From NCBI GenBank assembly GCA_949290395.1, contig CASERQ010000002.1, positions 206,079 to 270,078 on the forward strand: a DNA stretch of 64,000 nt, written 5' to 3'. This DNA is from an uncultured bacterium. GTDB taxonomy: Bacteria; Bacillota_I; Bacilli_A; RFN20; CAG-826. Positions 12,671 to 23,145 of this stretch are shown here, in pieces; position 1 is the first letter of the stretch, and each line of letters begins with the position of its first letter. Under the pieces are notes generated by a model. The model did not search any database and was not told where the DNA came from. It was given only the letters and a program-made list of their open reading frames with translations. The translations under genes and the position numbers were made by a program.

Positions 12671-13603
12671 ATGATAACCATAAAGGTCAGCAAAAATAAT
12701 CTCGAAAAACTCGAAAAAACTTATTTTGATTATATCGTAGAAAGAAATATCGGATATATTCTTTTTGTTGCGAAAACCGATAAAAACGTAATTACTGCCT
12801 ACGATAATAAAAAAGGAGAAACCTTTAAGGTTACAATTCAGGGTGAAAACTCTTTTGAAATTGCTGAAAACTGGGCAACTTCACCAGGTTCTTTGCCTAA
12901 AAAAGCAAAAACACAAACAGAAAAAATTGTTTTTTTGGATATTGATGAACAAATCGGAAGTGACGAAGTTGGAACAGGTGATTTTTTTGGTCCAATTGTT
13001 GTTTGCGCGTGTTACGCAAATCACGACACTATAAAAGTGATTGAAGATTATGGAATCACAGATTCAAAAAAGATGTCTGATCAAAAAATTCTTGAAATAG
13101 TTCCAGCATTACTTAAAAAAGTTCACTACTGCTGCAAAATTATGAGCACCGAAAAATATAATGAAGCTATTAAAAAAGGCTATAACATGAATCAAATTAA
13201 AGCGTTAGCCCATAATTATGTTCTTTTGAAACTTCATTCACGTTGTCCTTATGTTAAAAATGTTTATGTTGATAAATTTTCTTCTGAAGATAAATATTAC
13301 GAATATTTAAGTAAATTAAAACCGGAAAACATTCAATCAAATATTGTTTTTAGAGAAAAAGGCGAACTTTGTTTTCCTAGTGTTGCTTTAGCAAGTAACA
13401 TTGCTCGTTATACTTTTTTAGTAACCATGAAAGAGATTGGCGATAGATATAACGTCAAAATACCTCTTGGAGCAGGCAAAGAAGTTAATGAATTTGCAAA
13501 AAAGTTCATCGATAAGTTTGGCATCGATGAACTTAATAAAATCGTTAAACAAAATTTTAAGAACTATACTGAAGTAAGTTTAAAAACTTTTTCTCTTATT
13601 TAG
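12671..13603 (+). CDS. rnhC: Ribonuclease HIII
   Basis: N-terminal TBP-like domain, IGSDEVGTGDFFGP, DSKK, VALASNIAR; divergent from mutS2. Confidence 0.95.
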   Translation: MITIKVSKNNLEKLEKTYFDYIVERNIGYILFVAKTDKNVITAYDNKKGETFKVTIQGENSFEIAENWATSPGSLPKKAKTQTEKIVFLDIDEQIGSDEVGTGDFFGPIVVCACYANHDTIKVIEDYGITDSKKMSDQKILEIVPALLKKVHYCCKIMSTEKYNEAIKKGYNMNQIKALAHNYVLLKLHSRCPYVKNVYVDKFSSEDKYYEYLSKLKPENIQSNIVFREKGELCFPSVALASNIARYTFLVTMKEIGDRYNVKIPLGAGKEVNEFAKKFIDKFGIDELNKIVKQNFKNYTEVSLKTFSLI

Positions 13604-14507
13604 AAAGTCTCTCAACTACTTCTTTAAAATAATTAGGTAAGTCGCATTCTAGACTTATCTCTTTTTTTAATATTGGATGGAAAAATGTTAGTTTATAGGC
13701 ATGTAATAATTGTCCATTACTATATAAATTAGTGCTACCACCATATAATTTATCGCCAACTATAGGATGTGAAATAGAAGACATATGAACTCTGATTTGA
13801 TGTGTTCTACCTGTTTCAAGTTTACATCTAATAAGTGAATAATGATTAAAACGCTCTAAAACTTCAAAATGAGTGATGGCTTCTTTCCCGTTTTGATTAT
13901 CGATTGTCATTTTTAATCTATTTGTTTTATCTCTTCCTATTTTTCCAATTATTTTTCCATGATCGCTCCTAATTACGCCATCAACAAGTGCAATGTATTC
14001 TCGGTGCATGGAATGTGCTTCAAGTTGTTTTGCAATTTCTTTATGAGTGTAATTATCTTTACAAATTAAAAGTAAGCCACTGGTATCTTTATCAATTCGA
14101 TGAACAATACCAATACGTTCTAAACCATTTACTGTAGATAATTCTTTTTTTGCGTAAATTAAAGCATTAACAAGTGTATCATTGTGGTGGCCATCACCTG
14201 GATGAACTACAAGACCTTTTGGTTTATTAATAACAAGCAAATAATCATCTTCATAAACAATATCTAGATTATATTCATAAGGTAATAAATCATCATTTGA
14301 TTCTCTATGTTGATAATTAACTACAACTTCATCATTCTCTTTAACTTTATAAGAAGGTGAAATTTTTTCATTATTAACCAAAATATCGCCATTTTTAATT
14401 AAATTAGAAAAATAGACTCTTGAATTTAAAGAGTCTAAGAGGGTTAAAGCTTTATCAAGCCTTAACCCTTCAATATTTTTTTCTATTTTATATACTTTTT
14501 TCTCCAT
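13596..14507 (-). CDS. rluD: RluA/RluD-family pseudouridine synthase
   Basis: S4 domain (RLDKAL), NKPKGLVVHP, HRIDKDTSG, TGRTHQIRVH. Confidence 0.93.
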   Translation of the reverse strand: MEKKVYKIEKNIEGLRLDKALTLLDSLNSRVYFSNLIKNGDILVNNEKISPSYKVKENDEVVVNYQHRESNDDLLPYEYNLDIVYEDDYLLVINKPKGLVVHPGDGHHNDTLVNALIYAKKELSTVNGLERIGIVHRIDKDTSGLLLICKDNYTHKEIAKQLEAHSMHREYIALVDGVIRSDHGKIIGKIGRDKTNRLKMTIDNQNGKEAITHFEVLERFNHYSLIRCKLETGRTHQIRVHMSSISHPIVGDKLYGGSTNLYSNGQLLHAYKLTFFHPILKKEISLECDLPNYFKEVVERLSK

Positions 14508-15165
14508 CTTTGGTTTCGCTATCTTGAGAAACGGTTTCGTTTTGAACTCCAGCTTTATTTTCTTTAACTTCGTTTTCTTTTTCTTCTAGCTTTTTGACAT
14601 TTTCGTTATGTTCTTTTTCTTCTTTAGAAGTTTTAATTTCATCATAGATTAAATAACCAATTAACATGAATATTCCAACTACTAAACAAGCATCAGCGAT
14701 ATTAAAAATACCAAAATTAGGCCACCAAGATTGAATAGAGATAAAATCAACCACTCCCCTATCAAAGAAGAATGTTCTATCAATTAAATTTCCGATATCT
14801 CCACCAAGAATTAAAGCTAAAGTAACTCCAAAGAAAGTATTAATCTTTTTGTCCTTGTAAATAAGATAAAACGCATAACCTATTAAAAATAATGCAACTA
14901 TCCAAGACAATAAAACAAAGATAATTCTAATCCAAAGAGTATCGTCTCCCATTCCAAAGGCTGCGCCTGTGTTATAAACAAGGGTAAAATCAATAAATCC
15001 AGGAATAAAAGGAGTTGGTTCACCAAGAGTTAAGAAATTTTCAGCTAAAACTTTAGTGACTTGATCTATAACAATTGCAGCAACTGCAATTGAGAAAAAA
15101 TAAATTAAGAAAACAAGATATTTTTTCCAATTTATTTTCTTAATGTTTTCAAGCATCTTGGACAT
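14488..15165 (-). CDS. lspA: Signal peptidase II
   Basis: DQVTK, NTGAAFG, GNLIDR, VVDFI, FNIAD. Start may be 15156. Confidence 0.95.
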   Translation of the reverse strand: MSKMLENIKKINWKKYLVFLIYFFSIAVAAIVIDQVTKVLAENFLTLGEPTPFIPGFIDFTLVYNTGAAFGMGDDTLWIRIIFVLLSWIVALFLIGYAFYLIYKDKKINTFFGVTLALILGGDIGNLIDRTFFFDRGVVDFISIQSWWPNFGIFNIADACLVVGIFMLIGYLIYDEIKTSKEEKEHNENVKKLEEKENEVKENKAGVQNETVSQDSETKDGEKSI

Positions 15166-17879
15166 AGATGTGCTCCTTCAACTTCTGTGATATCTTTTGC
15201 ATCATAATAATTCCAGCATCTATCACATTTAATTCCATCATGTTTTAAAACTTTAGAATTAGATAATTTACCTTCATTTTCAGTTAAACTATCATCAAAT
15301 TTAACTTCACTAACGATAAATAATCTAGCAAGTTCTTCTTTTGAGAATTTAGCAAGTTCAGCTTTTAAATTAGCATCCCTGATATTTAAAACAAGTAAAG
15401 CTTCTTGAGCACTACCGATTTCGCCCTTGTTTCTACTATTTTCAAGTGTTTTTAAAGCTTCATCTCTAAGTTCTTTTACAAGTTTATAAGATTCTAAAAC
15501 CGATGAAGAATAAACACTGCTCTTATTAGGATATTCATAATACATAACGTTATCTTTACTCTTTAATGGATAATTTTTGTTAACTTCATCCATTGTGAAT
15601 GGAATAATTGGATTTAATAATCTCATTAAAGTAAAGCAGCATTCATTTAAAACAGTTTGAACTTGTTTTCTTCTTAAACTATCTTTGTCTTCGCAATATA
15701 AGATGTCTTTTGCAATATCAAGATAGAAGCTTGATAAATCATCACTCATAAATTTAAGGATTTCACTAACACCATTAATAAAATTATATTTATCAAAAGC
15801 GTCAATTACTTTATTTTTAACATCTTCTAATCTTGCAAGAACAAATAAATCAATTTCTTCAAATTCTTTTACTTTATCTTCTTCTTTAAAAGTATCTTCA
15901 AGTGAACCATTAGAAAGATTTCCCAAGATGAATCTAAATGTATTTCTGATTTTTCTATATTGTTCACTGATTGTTTTGACAATACTTTCAGAAATTCTAA
16001 CATCTTGTTGATAATCGGTTAATGCTGCCCATAAACGTAAGATATCGGCGCCAAAACTATCAATAATCTTTAAAGGATCAAGTCCATTTCCTTTAGATTT
16101 AGACATTTTCTCCCAGTGTTCATCCATTACAAAGCCATGGGAAACACAGGTTTTATATGGTGATTTACCAGTAACAGCTAAAGAAACAATTAGTGATGAA
16201 TTGAACCAACCTCTATATTGGTCACTTCCTTCTAAATATAAATCAGCAGGATACTTTAAACCTCTTTCTTTTAAAACGCCACTCCAGCTCGAACCACTAT
16301 CAAACCAAACATCCATGATGTCTTTTTCTTTTTTGAAGATTCCATTTGGAGAATGTTCATTCTTGTAGCCTTCTGGTAAAAGGTCTTTTTCATCTAATTT
16401 GTACCAAATATTAGAACCATTTTCTCTTACAAGTTTTTCAATATGGTCAAAAACTTCTTTTTCAAGAATTGGAGTTCCATCTTCGCAATAAATTACAGGA
16501 ATTGGTACGCCCCATGCTCTTTGACGTGAAATACACCAGTCAGCACGATCTTTAATCATGTTAACCATTCTTGTCTCGCCCCAAGCTGGTGACCATTTAA
16601 CTTCGTGAATTGCATTAATTAAATCTTCTCTAATTGGATCAATCGAGCAGAACCATTGTGGTGTAGCTCTAAAGATAACTGGTTTGTGTGTTCTCCAATC
16701 ATGAGGATAAGAGTGAACAATTTCCTTAAGTCCTAATAAATGTTTATTTTCAGTTAAAATTTGAATTACTTCTTTATTTGCATCTTCATAGAATTTGCCA
16801 GCTAAACGTGGTCCGCAGTCTTCCATCATGTAACCATGTTCATCAACTGGACAGTATGGTTTGATGCCATATTTTAAACAAACAAGGAAGTCATCCATAC
16901 CATGACCAGGAGCAATGTGAACAAGTCCAGTACCGCTATCAGCAGTAACATAATCTCCTAAAATCATTAAAGAATCTCTATCATAGAAAGGATGTTTTAA
17001 GACGATTCCTTCTAATTCACTTCCCTTAATTGTTTTGATTAAGTCACATTTTGTAAGTCCTAATTCACTTACTAATGTACTAGCTAACTCCTGAAGAAAT
17101 ACTAATTTTCCACTAGAAGTATCATAAACGCCATATTCAAACTCAGGATTTGCACAAACCGCTAAGTTAGCAGGTAATGTCCAAGGTGTTGTTGTCCAAA
17201 TTAAAACATGAGTATCTTTGTCTAAAATTCCTTTACCATCTTTTACATCAAGAGAGACATAAATTGTGTAAGCTTTAACATCAGCATATTCAATTTCGGC
17301 TTCAGCTAAAGCACTTTCACTACTTGGTGACCAGTAGACTGGTTTAAGTCCTTTATAGATGAGGCCTTTTTCAGCCATTACTGCAAAACAATGAATTTCG
17401 TTAGCTTCAAATTCTGGTAACAAAGTTAAATAAGGATGATTATAATCACCTAAAACACCAAGCCTTCTTATACCACTTTTTTGGTTCTCTACTTGACTTA
17501 AAGCGTATTCTCTACATTTTTCTCTAAAATCAAAAATTGGAGTTGTTTTTCTATTAACACCACTTTTTGTAACCATGTTTTCAATTGGTAAACCATGTGT
17601 ATCCCAGCCAAGAACAAAAGGTGTCTTAAAGCCAGACATATTCTTATATCTAACAACAAAATCTTTAAGAACTCTGTTTAACATGTGGCCACAATGCATT
17701 GCACCATTAGCATATGGTGGGCCATCATGAAGCATAAACTCAAGGTCTTTGCCTTCATTCATTTTGCTATATACATCTTCTTCTTTCCATTTTTGAACAA
17801 GAACAGGTTCTTTTTTATTTAAGTTACCTCTCATTTCAAAATTGGTTTTTGGCATTAAAAGTGAATTTTTAACTTCCAT
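15132..17879 (-). CDS. ileS: Isoleucine--tRNA ligase
   Basis: HDGPPYANG..HCGH, WTTTPWTLPAN, KMSKS and C-terminal Zn finger. Start corrected to the ATG at 17879 after an AGGAG SD. Confidence 0.98.
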   Translation of the reverse strand: MEVKNSLLMPKTNFEMRGNLNKKEPVLVQKWKEEDVYSKMNEGKDLEFMLHDGPPYANGAMHCGHMLNRVLKDFVVRYKNMSGFKTPFVLGWDTHGLPIENMVTKSGVNRKTTPIFDFREKCREYALSQVENQKSGIRRLGVLGDYNHPYLTLLPEFEANEIHCFAVMAEKGLIYKGLKPVYWSPSSESALAEAEIEYADVKAYTIYVSLDVKDGKGILDKDTHVLIWTTTPWTLPANLAVCANPEFEYGVYDTSSGKLVFLQELASTLVSELGLTKCDLIKTIKGSELEGIVLKHPFYDRDSLMILGDYVTADSGTGLVHIAPGHGMDDFLVCLKYGIKPYCPVDEHGYMMEDCGPRLAGKFYEDANKEVIQILTENKHLLGLKEIVHSYPHDWRTHKPVIFRATPQWFCSIDPIREDLINAIHEVKWSPAWGETRMVNMIKDRADWCISRQRAWGVPIPVIYCEDGTPILEKEVFDHIEKLVRENGSNIWYKLDEKDLLPEGYKNEHSPNGIFKKEKDIMDVWFDSGSSWSGVLKERGLKYPADLYLEGSDQYRGWFNSSLIVSLAVTGKSPYKTCVSHGFVMDEHWEKMSKSKGNGLDPLKIIDSFGADILRLWAALTDYQQDVRISESIVKTISEQYRKIRNTFRFILGNLSNGSLEDTFKEEDKVKEFEEIDLFVLARLEDVKNKVIDAFDKYNFINGVSEILKFMSDDLSSFYLDIAKDILYCEDKDSLRRKQVQTVLNECCFTLMRLLNPIIPFTMDEVNKNYPLKSKDNVMYYEYPNKSSVYSSSVLESYKLVKELRDEALKTLENSRNKGEIGSAQEALLVLNIRDANLKAELAKFSKEELARLFIVSEVKFDDSLTENEGKLSNSKVLKHDGIKCDRCWNYYDAKDITEVEGAHLCPRCLKTLRK

Positions 17880-17894
17880 ATTCAACTCCTTTAA

Positions 17895-18082
17895 AATAAA
17901 AAAATCCTTAGAATATCTAAGGACGTAATTTACGCGGTACCACCTTAGTTCATCTAAAATTAGATGCACTCAATAAAGTTGTCGTTTTCTAGAAAGTGAT
18001 ACCTAATAAATGATTATTGTTACCTTTCACCAAACGTAACTCGCTTCTTAATATCCTTTTTATTAGACGTGTCTTTCAACTG
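17895..18082 (-). promoter_or_regulatory. T-box riboswitch (Ile)
   Basis: AACTAAGGTGGTACCGCG T-box, terminator TCCTTAGA-tat-TCTAAGGA-TTTTTT, stem I with specifier ATC at 17998-18000. Confidence 0.92.
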
Positions 18083-18290
18083 CTAATATGTTAAATAATT
18101 TATGTAATTTTTGCAACCGATAAAATTATGACTAAAAGAGCTGAAAATATTATAAGTTTAAGACAATTCTTAGCAACTTTTTTGGTGTTTATCACTTTCA
18201 GTTTTTTGCTAAACTTGTTTTTAAAATTAGTCTAATTTCTAATTACTTTTGATATTTATATCATTCGTTTTGTATTAAAATATTAACAAT

Positions 18291-18818
18291 ATGAGTCAAA
18301 AACCAATTTATAAAATCAAAGAATTAATGTTGATGAATGGAATAAGCGAAGAAAAGCTTATTACTGATTTGAATTTAACTCCCGAAATGTTTAAAGCATG
18401 GGAAAACGGAATGACAATTCCCGAAGAAGATTTAGCCAGAATAGCAAGATATTTAAATGTAACTTATGATTATTTCTTTTTAGATGTAGAAATTTTGCCA
18501 TCAAAAGGCGGAAAGCATTCTACTTCTTCTAGTAATGTTAAAAATAATGAAGTTCCTAATGAACATAGAAGTTTCTTATCTTCCTTATTTAATTTCACTC
18601 CAATTAAAAAAGATTCAGATACAAAAGTTAGTAAAAAAGCTTCAATTATTGTTTCTTCAATTTTTCTTATTATTTCTCTAGCTTTATTACTTTATTTTAG
18701 CTTGACCCTTACAAGCGAAGGAGTTAATTATAATTTATATTTCTTTTTGATTATTCTATTTTTAGTTCTCTTCTTGATCTCAGCTACTTCTTTATTCAAA
18801 GCAATTAAAAGAAAATGA
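18291..18818 (+). CDS. XRE-type HTH protein with two C-terminal TM helices
   Basis: FKAWENGMTIP..DLARIARYLNVTYDY HTH pattern plus two hydrophobic segments. Confidence 0.8.
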   Translation: MSQKPIYKIKELMLMNGISEEKLITDLNLTPEMFKAWENGMTIPEEDLARIARYLNVTYDYFFLDVEILPSKGGKHSTSSSNVKNNEVPNEHRSFLSSLFNFTPIKKDSDTKVSKKASIIVSSIFLIISLALLLYFSLTLTSEGVNYNLYFFLIILFLVLFLISATSLFKAIKRK

Positions 18819-18848
18819 AAAGTTCCTTCCCTGGTGGAAGGAACTTTT
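18818..18848. terminator. Bidirectional terminator between the HTH gene and ftsZ
   Basis: AAAAGTTCCTTCC-ctggt-GGAAGGAACTTTT between convergent genes. Confidence 0.85.
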
Positions 18849-18849
18849 A

Positions 18850-20007
18850 TTAATCTTTTAAGAAATCTGGAATGATATTATCTTCACTCGATTCTTCTTT
18901 TTCTGCTTCTTCAGGATTTTCTGTCTTCTCTTCTTGATTTAAACCATAATTTTTATCAAAAATTGATGGTTTTTTAGGGGCAAATAATGGTCCCGCTTCT
19001 TCAACTTGAGATTGACTTGATTTTAAAGAAATTCCAGTATTTGAGAATTGAACATCTTGAGTAAAATGACTTGCAATAATAGAAAGCATGATATCATCAC
19101 TTAATTCATCATTAATTGAAACACCAAACTTAAGATCAAGTTGTCCGCCACTATCATGAATAATCTTATCAACCGTTTCTTGACATTCATATAAAGAAAC
19201 TTTGTTACCACAAGTAATGTGACAAATAGCCTTTCTTGCGCCTTTTATAGATTGTTCAATTAATGGGCAAGTAAGTGCGCTTACTGCTGCATCATTACAT
19301 CTATTTTCGCCTTTTCCGCATCCAAATCCGATTAAAGCAACACCACTATCTTTTAAAATGTTTCTAACATCAGCAAAATCAAGATTAATAACTGCAGGAC
19401 GTAAAATTAGATCAGTAATAGTTCTAACAGATTGAGATAAAACGCTGTCTGCTTCACTAAATGCTTTACCAATTGGCAAATTCCCTGCATTTAATAATAA
19501 TTTATCGTTACTAACAACAATTAAACTATCGACATTATTTTTGAGTTCATTTAAGCCATCGACTGAATAAGCTGTTCTTTTTTGTCCTTCAAAAGCAAAA
19601 GGTCTTGTAACAATAGCAATTGTTAAACACCCTTCTTCTTTAGCGTATTTTGAGATAACAGGCGCAGCACCAGTTCCTGTACCGCCACCCATTCCAGCAG
19701 CGATAAAAACCATGTGAGCTCCACGAACAATTTCTTTAATCTCTTTTTCGCTAGCTTCGGCTGCTTCTTTACCTACAGAAGGTTCTCCACCAGCTCCAAG
19801 TCCATTAGTAATACTTTCACCTAAAATGATTCTATGAGGAGCTTTTGATAAAGATAGAGCTTGTTTATCGGTATTTGCAACATAAAACTCGACGTTTGAT
19901 ATTTCGTCTTCAATCATTCTATTAACAGCGTTATTTCCAGCGCCACCAACACCAATTACAACAATCTTTGCAACTGGTTCAAAATTATCTAAGCCATCAT
20001 CAAACAT
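18850..20007 (-). CDS. ftsZ: Cell division protein FtsZ
   Basis: [22 protein letters not shown] tubulin signature, INLDFADV, C-terminal IPDFLK. Confidence 0.98.
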   Translation of the reverse strand: MFDDGLDNFEPVAKIVVIGVGGAGNNAVNRMIEDEISNVEFYVANTDKQALSLSKAPHRIILGESITNGLGAGGEPSVGKEAAEASEKEIKEIVRGAHMVFIAAGMGGGTGTGAAPVISKYAKEEGCLTIAIVTRPFAFEGQKRTAYSVDGLNELKNNVDSLIVVSNDKLLLNAGNLPIGKAFSEADSVLSQSVRTITDLILRPAVINLDFADVRNILKDSGVALIGFGCGKGENRCNDAAVSALTCPLIEQSIKGARKAICHITCGNKVSLYECQETVDKIIHDSGGQLDLKFGVSINDELSDDIMLSIIASHFTQDVQFSNTGISLKSSQSQVEEAGPLFAPKKPSIFDKNYGLNQEEKTENPEEAEKEESSEDNIIPDFLKD

Positions 20008-20017
20008 ATCATTTACC

Positions 20018-21301
20018 TCATAATTCGTCTTTTAGTTCGTCATATTTTTCTCTTCTTAAGGAAGAACGTTGCGAAGAAGCATTATCATCAACACGGTTAA
20101 TTTGTGTTACTTGAATCTTGTTTTCGTCTTCTAATGCTCCTCTATATGAACTTGCCATATAAATTGCCCCAAGACAATTTATAAACTCAGGTTCTCTGCA
20201 ACATACAGTAGGAATTGTTAAAAATTCTATAGGATTGGATGGTAAAATCTTTAAAAGATATTCTTTAAGTCCATTTAATTTACTTCCTTCACCCATGAAA
20301 GCCAATGTGATTTTCTCAACTAAATCAGGTTTTCTTGTGAAATTCAAAACTAAATTCTTCAATGAACCATTGAAATAATCGACCCATGTTTTAAGGAATT
20401 CGAGAATAACTTTTAAAAGATCATCCTTTGTAAACTTTCTTTCAGCACCGAGTGAATCTGTTCCTATGGCAATCGCAGGATTATAACTTGTTTGCCTATT
20501 GTCTAAACCGTATAAATTAACCAAATCTTCAGCTTTTTTCTTATCAATATTAAATTCGTTAGCAACTTTTAATACTAAATCATCGAAGCCAAGTGAAAAG
20601 AAATTAGATGCAAAAACTACACCATCACCAACAAAACTTAAAGATGTTGTTTTATCCGAAAAATCAATCAAAACGTATGTTCTGGTTTTAAATTTGCTTC
20701 CTGTTAAAAGATAAGAAACACCAATTGGAGCAACTACACTTCTTTTTACTTTAATTTGCGAATTTTCACATGCTTTATAAATATCAGAAACCATCTTCTT
20801 AGGAAGCGTATAAACATTAGCATCGATAGTGATTGTTGTTGAAATTTCATTTAAAGGTGGAGTCAAGAAAGTTTTGTCTCCGTCTATAATGAAAGTATTA
20901 GGAATGATATCTATTAAGTCATCATTAACACTAGGAAGTTTTTCCTTTTTGATTAAAGAAAGAGCGTTATTTATATCGATTCTATCGATTTTTGATACTT
21001 GGGAAACTGTATTTGTGGATTTTACAGATTGAAAAACTTGTAAACCATATGGCGGCAAAATTAAAACAACTTCATTTACGCCGATTGACATTTTTACATT
21101 TTTTGTTGATTTTTCGATGTTTTTAATTTTAGCTAAATCAGCGCTAAGAGATCCAATATCAAAAATGTCCCCATCTTTAAAAGGGACACTTAAAGGCTTT
21201 TTAACTTTATACAAAATATCTACTTTGTTATCCAAAGTATAACCAACGACCAATTTATAATAACGATTGGATATTTCTAAAGCCGCAATTTGCTTAACCA
21301 T
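20018..21301 (-). CDS. ftsA: Divergent FtsA
   Basis: Actin-like motifs in degenerate form (ALEISNRYYKLVVG, VLIDFSDKTT, FMGEGSKLNG); directly upstream of ftsZ. Confidence 0.8.
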   Translation of the reverse strand: MVKQIAALEISNRYYKLVVGYTLDNKVDILYKVKKPLSVPFKDGDIFDIGSLSADLAKIKNIEKSTKNVKMSIGVNEVVLILPPYGLQVFQSVKSTNTVSQVSKIDRIDINNALSLIKKEKLPSVNDDLIDIIPNTFIIDGDKTFLTPPLNEISTTITIDANVYTLPKKMVSDIYKACENSQIKVKRSVVAPIGVSYLLTGSKFKTRTYVLIDFSDKTTSLSFVGDGVVFASNFFSLGFDDLVLKVANEFNIDKKKAEDLVNLYGLDNRQTSYNPAIAIGTDSLGAERKFTKDDLLKVILEFLKTWVDYFNGSLKNLVLNFTRKPDLVEKITLAFMGEGSKLNGLKEYLLKILPSNPIEFLTIPTVCCREPEFINCLGAIYMASSYRGALEDENKIQVTQINRVDDNASSQRSSLRREKYDELKDEL

Positions 21302-21407
21302 ACAATAAAATTATAATCTTATAATAAAAAAGATACAACCAAAAAACTAGCAAAATATTAGTAGTTAATTAGTATATTTCTAGTATTTTTTTAGTATCTT
21401 TCCAATA

Positions 21408-21626
21408 TTAAAATTCTAATAAACTTTCGTCTAATAAAAGGCTTTCTTTTTTAGTTTCTTCTTCTGCATCAGTCTTATTAACTTCATTTGCTCTAATTGT
21501 AGCTGCAATAGAAACAGGAACTGCTACTAAGACAGATGCACCAGCAAATATTGAAAAACAAATACCTACTTTTTTGAAATAAAAATATACAGCTTTGTGA
21601 TGATATTTAACTAACTTATCTTTCAT
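21408..21626 (-). CDS. Small single-TM protein at the ftsL position
   Basis: 72 aa, GGGGGA SD, one TM helix, between rsmH and ftsA. Confidence 0.7.
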   Translation of the reverse strand: MKDKLVKYHHKAVYFYFKKVGICFSIFAGASVLVAVPVSIAATIRANEVNKTDAEEETKKESLLLDESLLEF

Positions 21627-21650
21627 AACTTCGTCCCCCGTGTAGGTTTG

Positions 21651-22595
21651 TTACTTAATTTTCTCTAAAATTCTTAACTTAGCACTCTTACTTCTGTGAT
21701 TCATTTCAATTTCTTCTTCACAAGGAGTAATGACTTTACGATTAACTTCTTTATAATCAGGAGTTTTTATATCTTTAGGATTTATATAGTCGTTTCTTCT
21801 GTTGCCCTCAATAACACTATATTTTTTAAAGATATTTTTAACAATTTTATCTTCGAGACTTTGAAACGTGATCACTACGATTCTTCCACCAACTTTTATC
21901 TTTTTAATTGCTCCTTCAAGAGCTTCGGTAAGAGCATTTAATTCATCGTTAACTTCGATTCTTAATGCTTGGAAGATTTGCTTTGCAGGATGCCCGATTT
22001 TTTCTAATTCTTTTTTTGGTTTGCTTTCTTTAATTATCTCTACTAATTCATAAGTAGTTTCAATTGGTAAAGTTTCTCTTTTCTTGCAAATGTTTTTTGC
22101 AATATTGTAAGAATATTTATCTTCGCCATATTCTCTAAAAACTCTTAATAAATTTTCAAACGAATATTCATTAACAATTTTTTTAGCCGTGAGTTGATTT
22201 GAGAGGTCCATTCTCATATCTAGTGGTCCATCGAACCTATACGAGAATCCTCTGTAATCTTTATCAAATTGTGGCGATGATACTCCTAAATCGAATAACA
22301 CCCCATCAACTTCATCAATTCCAAGTTCATTTAAGTTCTTTTCGATATTTCTAAAGTTATCTTTAATTATTTGAAATTGATTACTAATCTCAGAAAGTCT
22401 TTTGGTAGAGTAAGCGATTGCTTCCAGATCTTGATCGAAACATACCAATCTTCCATTCTTATTAAGCCTTCTAAGAATTTCCGAGGAATGACCGGCTCTA
22501 CCTAATGTCATATCGACATATATTCCGTCTTCCTGGATGTTTAGTCCGCTGATAGCCTCGTTTAACAAGACTGGAATGTGTTCATTATTGTTCAT
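21651..22595 (-). CDS. rsmH: 16S rRNA m4C1402 methyltransferase
   Basis: HIPVLL, DMTLGRAGHS, DLGVSSPQ, RGFSY..DGPLDMRM, FQALRIEVNDEL. Confidence 0.97.
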   Translation of the reverse strand: MNNNEHIPVLLNEAISGLNIQEDGIYVDMTLGRAGHSSEILRRLNKNGRLVCFDQDLEAIAYSTKRLSEISNQFQIIKDNFRNIEKNLNELGIDEVDGVLFDLGVSSPQFDKDYRGFSYRFDGPLDMRMDLSNQLTAKKIVNEYSFENLLRVFREYGEDKYSYNIAKNICKKRETLPIETTYELVEIIKESKPKKELEKIGHPAKQIFQALRIEVNDELNALTEALEGAIKKIKVGGRIVVITFQSLEDKIVKNIFKKYSVIEGNRRNDYINPKDIKTPDYKEVNRKVITPCEEEIEMNHRSKSAKLRILEKIK

Positions 22596-23019
22596 CGCTT
22601 ACTAGGAGGGATTCTGCATCTAATTCAAAATCTTTCGAACTTTCCTCTTCATACTGATTCCAGCTTTCAAGATCCCAAATTTCAATATGATCAATTTGAC
22701 CTAGTATCATTACCTTAGAACCAATTTTGTAATCTCTAAGAGTTTTTGTAGGAATTAACATTCTTCCTTGTCTATCAATACTAAGTTCAACAACTGAGGC
22801 AAGAAGTAATCTCGAATACTTTCTTACCTTGCTTTTTTCATAAGGTAGTAATTGAAGTTTTTGAATGTAGTTATTGAAGTCTGCTTCTTTGTAAAGCGAG
22901 ACACAACCTTCGAAGCCTTTGATTAAAAAGAGTTTTGATCCGACTTCTTCTCTCATTTTTGAAGGGATAACAACTCTTCCTTTCTCGTCAATGTTGTACT
23001 CGTAACTTCCGTAAAACAT
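22585..23019 (-). CDS. mraZ: Transcriptional regulator MraZ
   Basis: Two DxxGR motifs (IDEKGRV, IDRQGRM), DHIEIWD. Start corrected to MFYGSY. Confidence 0.95.
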   Translation of the reverse strand: MFYGSYEYNIDEKGRVVIPSKMREEVGSKLFLIKGFEGCVSLYKEADFNNYIQKLQLLPYEKSKVRKYSRLLLASVVELSIDRQGRMLIPTKTLRDYKIGSKVMILGQIDHIEIWDLESWNQYEEESSKDFELDAESLLVSDEQ

Positions 23020-23020
23020 A

Positions 23021-23050
23021 TTCTTCCACTTCGTTCCACTTTCTACCACT
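23021..23050 (-). promoter_or_regulatory. MraZ operator: three AGTGG repeats at 10-nt period
   Basis: Minus strand AGTGGtagaa AGTGGaacga AGTGGaagaa immediately before the mraZ ATG, matching known GTGG-type MraZ repeats. Confidence 0.85.
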
Positions 23051-23131
23051 AAATATATTTTATATTCTATTATCTTTATTTACAACTCATTTTTTTATAA
23101 TTTTTAAAGTTTTTTTAAGCATCGAAAAAAC

Positions 23132-23145
23132 GCGATAGTTATCGC
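23132..23145. repeat. Palindrome GCGATA-N2-TATCGC, copy 1
   Basis: GCGATAGTTATCGC; the same arms recur at 34700-34713 and 60488-60501. Confidence 0.75.

Noticed and set aside
14097-14099. CGA->Trp reassignment
   Set aside because: CGA encodes the invariant Arg of the rluD HRID motif.
14460-14462. AGG->Met reassignment as reported for other uncultured Bacilli
   Set aside because: AGG sits at conserved Arg positions: rluD RLDK (14460-14462), ileS RLGV (17463-17465) and rsmH FSYR.
17880-17969. 30-aa N-terminal extension of IleRS in the ORF track
   Set aside because: It is the T-box antiterminator/terminator; the SD precedes the ATG at 17879. Similar over-extensions were corrected for mraZ, pheS, malF, the GH13 gene and the lipoproteins.
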